Of a stretch of DNA of 64,000 bases, positions 39,521 to 54,500 are shown piece after piece. Source of the stretch: Eledone cirrhosa. Taxonomy: Eukaryota. A program made the translations under genes and the position numbers. The notes under the pieces are model-generated. The model did not search any database and was not told the origin of the DNA. It worked only from the letters and a program-made list of their open reading frames with translations. How positions within the stretch are numbered: the stretch's first letter is position 1; each line of letters begins with the position of its first letter. The DNA is taken from positions 23,188,001 to 23,252,000 of the forward strand of contig OZ024754.1 in NCBI GenBank assembly GCA_964016885.1, read 5' to 3'.

Positions 39521-42500
39521 GCCTCAGACTTAAACCCTAACCCCCAAGCCTAAGACTTACACTTAAACCCTAACCACATGCCTTAGAATTAGACATAAAC
39601 CCTAACCCCAAGCCTTAAACTTAGACTTAAACCCTAACCCCAAGACTTAGACTTAGACTCAAACCCCAAACTTAAGCCTTAGACTTAGACCCTAACCCCA
39701 AGCCTTAGACTTACATTTACACCCTACCCATAAGCCGTAGAATTAGACTTAAACCCAAAATACAAGCCATACATATAGATTTAAACCCCAAACCTAACCC
39801 CAAGTCTTAGACTTAAACCCTAACCAGATGCCTTAGACTTATACCCTAACCCCAAGCCTTAGACTTAGACTTAAACCCCAACCACAAGAGTTAGACTTAT
39901 ACTTAAACCCTAACCCCATGCCTAAAACTTAGACTTAAACCCTAACCCCAAGTCTTAGACTTACACTTATACCCTCACCTTAAGCCTTAGAATTAGACTT
40001 AAACCCCAACTACAAGCCTTACACATAGATTTAAACCCCAAACCTAACCCCAAGTCTTAGACTTAAACCCTAACCCCAAGCCTTAGACTTAGACTTAAAA
40101 CCCAACCCCAAAACATAGACTTAAACCCTAACCCCATGCCTTAAACTTAGATTTAAACCCCAACTCCAAGCCTTACATTTAGACTTAACTCCAACCCCAA
40201 GCCTTAAACTTAGACTTAAACCCTAATCCCAGGCCTCAGAAATAGACTTAAAACCCAACCCCAAGCCTTTGAGTTCGACTTAAAGCCCAACTCTTAGCCT
40301 TAAATTAAACCTTAACCCCAAGTCTTAGACTTAAACCCTAACCCCAAGCCTTAGACTTAGACTGAAACCCAATCCCCAAGCCTTAGACTTACACTTACAC
40401 TCTATCCACAAGCCTTAGACTTAGAGTTAACTCCAACCACAAGTCTTAAACTTAGACTTAAACCCTAACCCCATGCCTTAAACTTAGACTTAAACCCTAA
40501 CCACAAGCCTTAGACTTACACTTACACCCTAACCACAAGCCTTAGAATTAGACTTAAACCCAAACTACAAGCCTTAAACATAGATTTCAACCACAAACCT
40601 AACCCCAAATCTTAGGCTTAAACCCTAACCACTAGACTAAGACTTAAACCCTAACCCCAAGCCTTAGACTTAGACTTAAACCCAACCCCAAGACTTAAAA
40701 CTTAGACTTAAACCCTAACCCCATGCCTTAAACTTAGACTTAAACACCAACACCAAGCCTTAGATTTAGACTTAAACACCAACCCCAAGCCTTAAACTTA
40801 GACTTAAACCCTAACACCAAGCCTCTGAAATAAACTTAAACCCCAACCCCAAGCCTTAGATATAGACTTACATCCCAACTCCTAGCCTTAGACTTAAACC
40901 CTAACCCCAAGCCTTAGACTTAAACCCTAACCGCAAGCCTTAGACTTAAACCCTAACCCAAACCTTAGACTTAACCTTAAACCCCATCACTAAGTCTTAG
41001 AATTAGACTTATACACCAAATACAAGCCTTATATTTAGATTTAAACACCAAACCTAACCCCAAGTCTTAGACATAGACCCTAAGCCCAAGCCTAATACTT
41101 AAACCCCAACCCCATGCCTTAAACTTACACTTAAACCCTGAGCCCAAGCCCTAGACTTACACTTACACTCTAACAGCAAGACTTAGACGTAGACTTAAAC
41201 CGTAACCCCTAGCCTTAGACATAGACTTAAACCTCAAACTTAACCCTAAGCCTTAGACTTACACTTACACCCAAACGACAAGCCTTAGAGTTACACTTAA
41301 AACCTAACCCCAAGACTTAGACGTAGACTTAAACCACAACATTAAGCCTTGGACTTAGACTTAAACCACAACCACAAGACTTAGACATAGATTTAAACCC
41401 CAAACCAAACCGCAAGTCTTAGACTTAAACCCTAGCCCCAAGCCTTAGACGTAAACCCTAACCACAAGCGTTAGACTTATACTTAAACCCCATCCCCAAG
41501 CGTTAGACTTAGACTTAAACCCTAACCCCAAGCCTTAGACTTACACTTACACCGTAACCACAAGCCTTGGAATTAGACTTAAACCCCAACTACAAGCCTT
41601 ACACATAGATTTAAACCCCAAACCTAACCCCAAGTCTTAGACTTAAACCTTAACCCCAAGCCTTAGACTTAAACCCTAACCCCAAGCCTTAGACGTACAC
41701 TTACATCCTAACCCCAAGCCTTAGACTTAAACCCCATCCCCAAGCCTTATACTTACACTTACACCCTAACCACAAGCATTAGAATTAAACTTAAACACCA
41801 GCTACAAGGCATAGACATAGATTTAAACCCCAAACCTAACCCCAAGTCTTAGACTTAAAACCTAACCACAAGCCTTAGAATTAGACTTAAAACCTAACCC
41901 CAAGCTTTAAACTTAGACTTAAACCCTAACCACAAGATTAGACTTACATTTACACCGTAACCCCAAGATTTAGACTTAGACTTAAACGCCAACATTAAGC
42001 CTTAGACTTAGACTTAAACCACAACCACAAGACTTAGACATAGATTTAAACCCCAAACCTAACCCAAAGTCTTAGACTTAAACCCTAACCCGAAGCCTTA
42101 GACTTAGACTTAAACCCCAACCACAAGACTTAGACTTATACTTAAACCCTAACCCCATGCCTAAAACTTAGACTTAAACCCTAACCCCAAGTCTTAGACT
42201 TACACTTATACCCTCACCCTAAGCCTTAGAATTAGACTTAAATCCCAACTACAAGCCTTACACGTAGATTTAAACCCCAAACCTAACCCCAAGTCTTAGA
42301 CTTAAACCCTAACCCCAAGCCTTAGACTTAGACTTAAAACCCAACCCCAAAACTTAGACTTAAACCCTAACCCCATGCCCTAAACTTAGATTTAAACCCC
42401 AACTCCAAGCCTTAAATTTAGACTTAACTCCAACCCCAAGCCTTAAACTTAGACTTAAACCCTAATCCCAGGCCTCAGAAATAGACTTAAAACCCAACCC

Positions 42501-45500
42501 CAAGCCTTTGAGTTAGACTTAAAGCCCAACTCTTAGCCTTAAATTAAACCTTAACCACAAGTCTTAGACTTAAACCCTAACCCCAAGCCTTAGACTTAGA
42601 CTCAAACCCAATCCCCAAGCTTAAGACTTACACTTACACCTTAACCACATGCCTTAGAATTAGACATAAACCCTAACCCCAAGCCTTAAACTTAGACTTA
42701 AACCCTAACCCCAAGACTTAGACTTAGACTCAAACCCCAAACTTAAGCCTTAGACTTAGACTTAAACCCTAACCCCAAGCCTTAGACTTACATTTACACC
42801 GTACGCATAAGCCGTAGAATTAGACTTAAACCCAAAATACAACCTATACATATAGATTTAAACCCCAAACCTAACCCCAAGTCTTAGACTTAAACCCTAA
42901 CCCCAAGTCTTAGACTTACACTTATACCCTCACCCTAAGCCTTAGAATTAGACTTAAACCCCAACTACAAGCCTTACACATAGATTTAAACCCCAAACCT
43001 AACCCCAAGTCTTAGACTTAAACCCTAACCCCAAGCCTTAAACTTAGATTTAAACCCCAACTCCAAGCCTTACATTTAGACTTAACTCCAACCCCAAGCC
43101 TTAAACTTAGACTTAAACCCTAATCCCAGGCCTCAGAAATAGACTTAAAACCCAACCCCAAGCCTTTGAGTTAGACTTAAAGCCCAACTCTTAGCCTTAA
43201 ATTAAACCTTAACCCCAAGTTTTAGACTTAAACCCTAACCCCAAGCCTTAGACTTAGACTCAAACCCAATCCCCAAGCCTTAGACTTACACTTACACTCT
43301 ATCCACAAGCCTTAGAATTAGACTTAAACCCAAACTACAAGCCTTAAACATAGATTTCAACCCCAAGCCTAACCCCAAGTCTTAGACTTTAAGCCAAACC
43401 ACTAGACTAAGACTTAAACCCTAACCCCAAGCCTTAGACTTAGACTTAAACCCAACCCCAAGACTTAGAATTAGACTTAAACCCTAACCCCATGCCTTAA
43501 ACTTAGACTTAAACACCAACCCCAAGCCTTAGATTTAGACTTAACTCCAACCCCAAGTCTTAAACTTAGACTTAAAACCTAACCCCAAGCCTCTGAAATA
43601 GACTTAAACGCCAACCCCAAGCCTTAGACATAGACTTACATCCCAACTCCTAGCATTAGACTTAAACCCTAACCCCAAGCCTTAGACTTAAACCCTAACC
43701 GCAAGCCTTAGACTTAAACCCTAACCCCAAACCTTAGACTTAACCTTAAACCCCATCACTAAGGCTTAGAATTAGACTTAAACCCCAAATACAAGCCTTA
43801 TACATAGATTTAAACACCAAACCTAACCCCAAGTCTTAGACATAGACCCTAACCCCAAGTCTAATACTTAAACCCTTACCCCAAGCCTTAGACTTAGACT
43901 TAAACCCTAACCCCATGCCTTAATCTTACACTTAAACCCTGAGCCCAAGCCCTAGACTTACACTTACACTCTAACAGCAAGACTTAGACGTAGACTTAAA
44001 CCCTAACCCCAAGCCTTAGACATAGACTTAAACCTCAAACTTAACCCAAAGCCTTAGACTTAAACCCTAACCCTAAGCCTTAGACTTACACTTACACCCA
44101 AACGACAAGCCTTAGAATTACACTTAAAACCTAACCCCAAGACCTAGACTTAGACTTAGACTTAAACCACAACATTAAGCCTTGGACTTAGACTTAAACC
44201 ACAACCACAAGACTTAGACATAGATTTAAACCCCAAACCAAACCGCAAGTCTTAGACTTAAACCCTAACCCCAAGCCTTAGACGTAAACCCTAACCCCAA
44301 GCGTTAGACTTAGACTTAAACCCCATCCCCAAGCGTTAGACTTAGACTTAAACCCTAACTCCAAGCCTTAGACTTACACTTACACCCTAACCACAAGCCT
44401 TGGAATTAGACTTAAACCCCAACTACAAGCCTTACACATAGATTTAAACCCCAAACCTAACCCCAAGACTTAGACTTAAACCTTAGCCCCAAGCCTTAAA
44501 CTTAAACCCTAACCCCAAGCCTTAGACATACACTTACATCCTAACCCCAAGCCTTAGACTTAGACTTAAACCCCATCCCCAAGCCTTAGACTTACACTTA
44601 CACCCTAACCACAAGCCTTAGAATTAAATTTTAAACACCAGCTACAAGCCTTAGACATAGATTTAAACCCAAAACCTAACCCCAAGCCTTAGACGTAAAC
44701 CCTAACCCCAAGCGTTAGACTTATACTTAAACCCCATCCCCAAGCGTTAGACTTAGACTTAAACCCTAACCCCAAGCCTTAGACTTACACTTACACCCTA
44801 ACCACAAGCCTTAGAATTAAACTTAAACACCAGCTACAAGCCTTAGACATAGTTTTAAACCCCAAACCTAACCCCAAGCCTTAGACTTAAATCCTAACCC
44901 CAAGCGTTAGACTTTGTCTTAAACCACACACCCAAGACTTAGCCTTAGACTTAAACCCTAACCCCAAGCCGTAGACTTAATCCCTAAACCCAAGCCTTAG
45001 ACGTAGACTTAAACCCCATCCCCAAGCGTTAGACTTAGACTTAAACCCTAACTCCAAGCCTTAGACTTACACTTACACCCTAACCACAAGCCTTGGAATT
45101 AGACTTAAACCCCAACTACAAGCCTTACACATAGATTTAAACCCCAAACCTAACCCCAAGACTTAGACTTAAACCTTAGCCCCAAGCCTTAAACTTAAAC
45201 CCTAACCCCAAGCCTTAGACATACACTTACATCCTAACCCCAAGCCTTAGACTTAGACTTAAACCCCATCCCCAAGCCTTAGACTTACACTTACACCCTA
45301 ACCACAAGCCTTAGAATTAAATTTTAAACACCAGCTACAAGCCTTAGACATAGATTTAAACCCAAAACCTAACCCCAAGCCTTAGACGTAAACCCTAACC
45401 CCAAGCGTTAGACTTATACTTAAACCCCATCCCCAAGCGTTAGACTTAGACTTAAACCCTAACCCCAAGCCTTAGACTTACACTTACACCCTAACCACAA

Positions 45501-48500
45501 GCCTTAGAATTAAACTTAAACACCAGCTACAAGCCTTAGACATAGTTTTAAACCCCAAACCTAACCCCAAGCCTTAGACTTAAACCCTAACCCCATGCCT
45601 TAAACTTAGACTTAAACCCCAAACCCAAGCCGTAGACTTAATTCCTAAACCCAAGCCTTATACGTAGACTTACATCCTAACACCAAGCCTTAGACTTAGA
45701 CTTAAACCCCATCCCCAAGCCTTAGACTTACACTTACACCCTAACCACATGCCTTTGAATTAGACTTAAACCCTAACCCCATGCCTTAAACTTACACTTA
45801 CACTCTAACAGCAAGACTTAGACGTAGACTTAAACCCTAACCCCAAGCCTAAGACATAGACTTAAACCTCAACCTTAAGCCAAAGCCTTAGACTTAAACC
45901 CTAACCCCAAGCCTTAGACTTACACTTACACCCAAACGACAAGCCTTAGAATTACACTTAAAAGCTAACCCCAAGACTTAGACTTAGACTTAAACCACAA
46001 CATTAAGCCTTGGACTTAGACTTAAACCACAACCACAAGACTTAGACATAGATTTAAACCCCAAACCTAACCCAAAGTCTTAGACTTAAACCCTAACCCC
46101 AAGCCTTAGACGTAAACCCTAACCCCAAGCGTTAGACTTAGACTTAAACCCCATCCCCAAGCGTTAGACTTAGACTTAAACCCTAACCCCAAGCCTCAGA
46201 CTTAAACCCTAACCCCCAAGCCTAAGACTTACACTTAAACCCTAACCACATGCCTTAGAATTAGACATAAACCCTAACCCCAAGCCTTAAACTTAGACTT
46301 AAACCCTAACCCCAAGACTTAGACTTAGACTCAAACCCCAAACTTAAGCCTTAGACTTAGACCCTAACCCCAAGCCTTAGACTTACATTTACACCCTACC
46401 CATAAGCCGTAGAATTAGACTTAAACCCAAAATACAAGCCATACATATAGATTTAAACCCCAAACCTAACCCCAAGTCTTAGACTTAAACCCTAACCAGA
46501 TGCCTTAGACTTATACCCTAACCCCAAGCCTTAGACTTAGACTTAAACCCCAACCACAAGAGTTAGACTTATACTTAAACCCTAACCCCATGCCTAAAAC
46601 TTAGACTTAAACCCTAACCCCAAGTCTTAGACTTACACTTATACCCTCACCTTAAGCCTTAGAATTAGACTTAAACCCCAACTACAAGCCTTACACATAG
46701 ATTTAAACCCCAAACCTAACCCCAAGTCTTAGACTTAAACCCTAACCCCAAGCCTTAGACTTAGACTTAAAACCCAACCCCAAAACATAGACTTAAACCC
46801 TAACCCCATGCCTTAAACTTAGATTTAAACCCCAACTCCAAGCCTTACATTTAGACTTAACTCCAACCCCAAGCCTTAAACTTAGACTTAAACCCTAATC
46901 CCAGGCCTCAGAAATAGACTTAAAACCCAACCCCAAGCCTTTGAGTTCGACTTAAAGCCCAACTCTTAGCCTTAAATTAAACCTTAACCCCAAGTCTTAG
47001 ACTTAAACCCTAACCCCAAGCCTTAGACTTAGACTGAAACCCAATCCCCAAGCCTTAGACTTACACTTACACTCTATCCACAAGCCTTAGACTTAGAGTT
47101 AACTCCAACCACAAGTCTTAAACTTAGACTTAAACCCTAACCCCATGCCTTAAACTTAGACTTAAACCCTAACCACAAGCCTTAGACTTACACTTACACC
47201 CTAACCACAAGCCTTAGAATTAGACTTAAACCCAAACTACAAGCCTTAAACATAGATTTCAACCACAAACCTAACCCCAAATCTTAGGCTTAAACCCTAA
47301 CCACTAGACTAAGACTTAAACCCTAACCCCAAGCCTTAGACTTAGACTTAAACCCAACCCCAAGACTTAAAACTTAGACTTAAACCCTAACCCCATGCCT
47401 TAAACTTAGACTTAAACACCAACACCAAGCCTTAGATTTAGACTTAAACACCAACCCCAAGCCTTAAACTTAGACTTAAACCCTAACACCAAGCCTCTGA
47501 AATAGACTTAAACCCCAACCCCAAGCCTTAGATATAGACTTACATCCCAACTCCTAGCCTTAGACTTAAACCCTAACCCCAAGCCTTAGACTTAAACCCT
47601 AACCGCAAGCCTTAGACTTAAACCCTAACCCAAACCTTAGACTTAACCTTAAACCCCATCACTAAGTCTTAGAATTAGACTTATACACCAAATACAAGCC
47701 TTATATTTAGATTTAAACACCAAACCTAACCCCAAGTCTTAGACATAGACCCTAAGCCCAAGCCTAATACTTAAACCCCAACCCCATGCCTTAAACTTAC
47801 ACTTAAACCCTGAGCCCAAGCCCTAGACTTACACTTACACTCTAACAGCAAGACTTAGACGTAGACTTAAACCGTAACCCCTAGCCTTAGACATAGACTT
47901 AAACCTCAAACTTAACCCTAAGCCTTAGACGTACACTTACACCCAAACGACAAGCCTTAGAGTTACACTTAAAACCTAACCCCAAGACTTAGACGTAGAC
48001 TTAAACCACAACATTAAGCCTTGGACTTAGACTTAAACCACAACCACAAGACTTAGACATAGATTTAAACCCCAAACCAAACCGCAAGTCTTAGACTTAA
48101 ACCCTAGCCCCAAGCCTTAGACGTAAACCCTAACCACAAGCGTTAGACTTATACTTAAACCCCATCCCCAAGCGTTAGACTTAGACTTAAACCCTAACCC
48201 CAAGCCTTAGACTTACACTTACACCGTAACCACAAGCCTTGGAATTAGACTTAAACCCCAACTACAAGCCTTACACATAGATTTAAACCCCAAACCTAAC
48301 CCCAAGTCTTAGACTTAAACCTTAACCCCAAGCCTTAGACTTAAACCCTAACCCCAAGCCTTAGACGTACACTTACATCCTAACCCCAAGCCTTAGACTT
48401 AAACCCCATCCCCAAGCCTTATACTTACACTTACACCCTAACCACAAGCATTAGAATTAAACTTAAACACCAGCTACAAGCCTTAGACATAGTTTTAAAC

Positions 48501-51500
48501 CCCAAACCTAACCCCAAGCCTTAGACTTAAATCCTAACCCCAAGCGTTAGACTTTGTCTTAAACCACACACCCAAGACTTAGCCTTAGACTTAAACCCTA
48601 ACCCCAAGCCGTAGACTTAATCCCTAAACCCAAGCCTTAGACGTAGACTTAAACCCCATCCCCAAGCGTTAGACTTAGACTTAAACCCTAACTCCAAGCC
48701 TTAGACTTACACTTACACCCTAACCACAAGCCTTGGAATTAGACTTAAACCCCAACTACAAGCCTTACACATAGATTTAAACCCCAAACCTAACCCCAAG
48801 ACTTAGACTTAAACCTTAGCCCCAAGCCTTAAACTTAAACCCTAACCCCAAGCCTTAGACATACACTTACATCCTAACCCCAAGCCTTAGACTTAGACTT
48901 AAACCCCATCCCCAAGCCTTAGACTTACACTTACACCCTAACCACAAGCCTTAGAATTAAATTTTAAACACCAGCTACAAGCCTTAGACATAGATTTAAA
49001 CCCAAAACCTAACCCCAAGCCTTAGACGTAAACCCTAACCCCAAGCGTTAGACTTATACTTAAACCCCATCCCCAAGCGTTAGACTTAGACTTAAACCCT
49101 AACCCCAAGCCTTAGACTTACACTTACACCCTAACCACAAGCCTTAGAATTAAACTTAAACACCAGCTACAAGCCTTAGACATAGTTTTAAACCCCAAAC
49201 CTAACCCCAAGCCTTAGACTTAAACCCTAACCCCATGCCTTAAACTTAGACTTAAACCCCAAACCCAAGCCGTAGACTTAATTCCTAAACCCAAGCCTTA
49301 TACGTAGACTTACATCCTAACACCAAGCCTTAGACTTAGACTTAAACCCCATCCCCAAGCCTTAGACTTACACTTACACCCTAACCACATGCCTTTGAAT
49401 TAGACTTAAACCCTAACCCCATGCCTTAAACTTACACTTACACTCTAACAGCAAGACTTAGACGTAGACTTAAACCCTAACCCCAAGCCTAAGACATAGA
49501 CTTAAACCTCAACCTTAAGCCAAAGCCTTAGACTTAAACCCTAACCCCAAGCCTTAGACTTACACTTACACCCAAACGACAAGCCTTAGAATTACACTTA
49601 AAAGCTAACCCCAAGACTTAGACTTAGACTTAAACCACAACATTAAGCCTTGGACTTAGACTTAAACCACAACCACAAGACTTAGACATAGATTTAAACC
49701 CCAAACCTAACCCAAAGTCTTAGACTTAAACCCTAACCCCAAGCCTTAGACGTAAACCCTAACCCCAAGCGTTAGACTTAGACTTAAACCCCATCCCCAA
49801 GCGTTAGACTTAGACTTAAACCCTAACCCCAAGCCTCAGACTTAAACCCTAACCCCCAAGCCTAAGACTTACACTTAAACCCTAACCACATGCCTTAGAA
49901 TTAGACATAAACCCTAACCCCAAGCCTTAAACTTAGACTTAAACCCTAACCCCAAGACTTAGACTTAGACTCAAACCCCAAACTTAAGCCTTAGACTTAG
50001 ACCCTAACCCCAAGCCTTAGACTTACATTTACACCCTACCCATAAGCCGTAGAATTAGACTTAAACCCAAAATACAAGCCATACATATAGATTTAAACCC
50101 CAAACCTAACCCCAAGTCTTAGACTTAAACCCTAACCAGATGCCTTAGACTTATACCCTAACCCCAAGCCTTAGACTTAGACTTAAACCCCAACCACAAG
50201 AGTTAGACTTATACTTAAACCCTAACCCCATGCCTAAAACTTAGACTTAAACCCTAACCCCAAGTCTTAGACTTACACTTATACCCTCACCTTAAGCCTT
50301 AGAATTAGACTTAAACCCCAACTACAAGCCTTACACATAGATTTAAACCCCAAACCTAACCCCAAGTCTTAGACTTAAACCCTAACCCCAAGCCTTAGAC
50401 TTAGACTTAAAACCCAACCCCAAAACATAGACTTACACTTACACTCTATCCACAAGCCTTAGACTTAGAGTTAACTCCAACCACAAGTCTTAAACTTAGA
50501 CTTAAACCCTAACCCCATGCCTTAAACTTAGACTTAAACCCTAACCACAAGCCTTAGACTTACACTTACACCCTAACCACAAGCCTTAGAATTAGACTTA
50601 AACCCAAACTACAAGCCTTAAACATAGATTTCAACCACAAACCTAACCCCAAATCTTAGGCTTAAACCCTAACCACTAGACTAAGACTTAAACCCTAACC
50701 CCAAGCCTTAGACTTAGACTTAAACCCAACCCCAAGACTTAAAACTTAGACTTAAACCCTAACCCCATGCCTTAAACTTAGACTTAAACACCAACACCAA
50801 GCCTTAGATTTAGACTTAAACACCAACCCCAAGCCTTAAACTTAGACTTAAACCCTAACACCAAGCCTCTGAAATAGACTTAAACCCCAACCCCAAGCCT
50901 TAGATATAGACTTACATCCCAACTCCTAGCCTTAGACTTAAACCCTAACCCCAAGCCTTAGACTTAAACCCTAACCGCAAGCCTTAGACTTAAACCCTAA
51001 CCCAAACCTTAGACTTAACCTTAAACCCCATCACTAAGTCTTAGAATTAGACTTATACACCAAATACAAGCCTTATATTTAGATTTAAACACCAAACCTA
51101 ACCCCAAGTCTTAGACATAGACCCTAAGCCCAAGCCTAATACTTAAACCCCAACCCCATGCCTTAAACTTACACTTAAACCCTGAGCCCAAGCCCTAGAC
51201 TTACACTTACACTCTAACAGCAAGACTTAGACGTAGACTTAAACCGTAACCCCTAGCCTTAGACATAGACTTAAACCTCAAACTTAACCCTAAGCCTTAG
51301 ACGTACACTTACACCCAAACGACAAGCCTTAGAGTTACACTTAAAACCTAACCCCAAGACTTAGACGTAGACTTAAACCACAACATTAAGCCTTGGACTT
51401 AGACTTAAACCACAACCACAAGACTTAGACATAGATTTAAACCCCAAACCAAACCGCAAGTCTTAGACTTAAACCCTAGCCCCAAGCCTTAGACGTAAAC

Positions 51501-54500
51501 CCTAACCACAAGCGTTAGACTTATACTTAAACCCCATCCCCAAGCGTTAGACTTAGACTTAAACCCTAACCCCAAGCCTTAGACTTACACTTACACCGTA
51601 ACCACAAGCCTTGGAATTAGACTTAAACCCCAACTACAAGCCTTACACATAGATTTAAACCCCAAACCTAACCCCAAGTCTTAGACTTAAACCTTAACCC
51701 CAAGCCTTAGACTTAAACCCTAACCCCAAGCCTTAGACGTACACTTACATCCTAACCCCAAGCCTTAGACTTAAACCCCATCCCCAAGCCTTATACTTAC
51801 ACTTACACCCTAACCACAAGCATTAGAATTAAACTTAAACACCAGCTACAAGGCATAGACATAGATTTAAACCCCAAACCTAACCCCAAGTCTTAGACTT
51901 AAAACCTAACCACAAGCCTTAGAATTAGACTTAAAACCTAACCCCAAGCTTTAAACTTAGACTTAAACCCTAACCACAAGATTAGACTTACATTTACACC
52001 GTAACCCCAAGATTTAGACTTAGACTTAAACGCCAACATTAAGCCTTAGACTTAGACTTAAACCACAACCACAAGACTTAGACATAGATTTAAACCCCAA
52101 ACCTAACCCAAAGTCTTAGACTTAAACCCTAACCCGAAGCCTTAGACTTAGACTTAAACCCCAACCACAAGACTTAGACTTATACTTAAACCCTAACCCC
52201 ATGCCTAAAACTTAGACTTAAACCCTAACCCCAAGTCTTAGACTTACACTTATACCCTCACCCTAAGCCTTAGAATTAGACTTAAATCCCAACTACAAGC
52301 CTTACACGTAGATTTAAACCCCAAACCTAACCCCAAGTCTTAGACTTAAACCCTAACCCCAAGCCTTAGACTTAGACTTAAAACCCAACCCCAAAACTTA
52401 GACTTAAACCCTAACCCCATGCCCTAAACTTAGATTTAAACCCCAACTCCAAGCCTTAAATTTAGACTTAACTCCAACCCCAAGCCTTAAACTTAGACTT
52501 AAACCCTAATCCCAGGCCTCAGAAATAGACTTAAAACCCAACCCCAAGCCTTTGAGTTAGACTTAAAGCCCAACTCTTAGCCTTAAATTAAACCTTAACC
52601 ACAAGTCTTAGACTTAAACCCTAACCCCAAGCCTTAGACTTAGACTCAAACCCAATCCCCAAGCTTAAGACTTACACTTACACCTTAACCACATGCCTTA
52701 GAATTAGACATAAACCCTAACCCCAAGCCTTAAACTTAGACTTAAACCCTAACCCCAAGACTTAGACTTAGACTCAAACCCCAAACTTAAGCCTTAGACT
52801 TAGACTTAAACCCTAACCCCAAGCCTTAGACTTACATTTACACCGTACGCATAAGCCGTAGAATTAGACTTAAACCCAAAATACAACCTATACATATAGA
52901 TTTAAACCCCAAACCTAACCCCAAGTCTTAGACTTAAACCCTAACCCCAAGTCTTAGACTTACACTTATACCCTCACCCTAAGCCTTAGAATTAGACTTA
53001 AACCCCAACTACAAGCCTTACACATAGATTTAAACCCCAAACCTAACCCCAAGTCTTAGACTTAAACCCTAACCCCAAGCCTTAAACTTAGATTTAAACC
53101 CCAACTCCAAGCCTTACATTTAGACTTAACTCCAACCCCAAGCCTTAAACTTAGACTTAAACCCTAATCCCAGGCCTCAGAAATAGACTTAAAACCCAAC
53201 CCCAAGCCTTTGAGTTAGACTTAAAGCCCAACTCTTAGCCTTAAATTAAACCTTAACCCCAAGTTTTAGACTTAAACCCTAACCCCAAGCCTTAGACTTA
53301 GACTGAAACCCAATCCCCAAGCCTTAGACTTACACTTACACTCTATCCACAAGCCTTAGAATTAGACTTAAACCCAAACTACAAGCCTTAAACATAGATT
53401 TCAACCCCAAGCCTAACCCCAAGTCTTAGACTTTAACCCAAACCACTAGACTAAGACTTAAACCCTAACCCCAAGCCTTAGACTTAGACTTAAACACCAA
53501 CCCCAAGCCTTAGATTTAGACTTAACTCCAACCCCAAGTCTTAAACTTAGACTTAAAACCTAACCCCAAGCCTCTGAAATAGACTTAAACGCCAACCCCA
53601 AGCCTTAGACATAGACTTACATCCCAACTCCTAGCATTAGACTTAAACCCTAACCCCAAGCCTTAGACTTAAACCCTAACCGCAAGCCTTAGACTTAAAC
53701 CCTAACCCCAAACCTTAGACTTAACCTTAAACCCCATCACTAAGGCTTAGAATTAGACTTAAACCCCAAATACAAGCCTTATACATAGATTTAAACACCA
53801 AACCTAACCCCAAGTCTTAGACATAGACCCTAACCCCAAGTCTAATACTTAAACCCTTACCCCAAGCCTTAGACTTAGACTTAAACCCTAACCCCATGCC
53901 TTAATCTTACACTTAAACCCTGAGCCCAAGCCCTAGACTTACACTTACACTCTAACAGCAAGACTTAGACGTAGACTTAAACCCTAACCCCAAGCCTTAG
54001 ACATAGACTTAAACCTCAAACTTAACCCAAAGCCTTAGACTTAAACCCTAACCCTAAGCCTTAGACTTACACTTACACCCAAACGACAAGCCTTAGAATT
54101 ACACTTAAAACCTAACCCCAAGACTTAGACTTAGACTTAGACTTAAACCACAACATTAAGCCTTGGACTTAGACTTAAACCACAACCACAAGACTTAGAC
54201 ATAGATTTAAACCCCAAACCAAACCGCAAGTCTTAGACTTAAACCCTAACCCCAAGCCTTAGACGTAAACCCTAACCCCAAGCGTTAGACTTAGACTTAA
54301 ACCCCATCCCCAAGCGTTAGACTTAGACTTAAACCCTAACTCCAAGCCTTAGACTTACACTTACACCCTAACCACAAGCCTTGGAATTAGACTTAAACCC
54401 CAACTACAAGCCTTACACATAGATTTAAACCCCAAACCTAACCCCAAGACTTAGACTTAAACCTTAGCCCCAAGCCTTAAACTTAAACCCTAACCCCAAG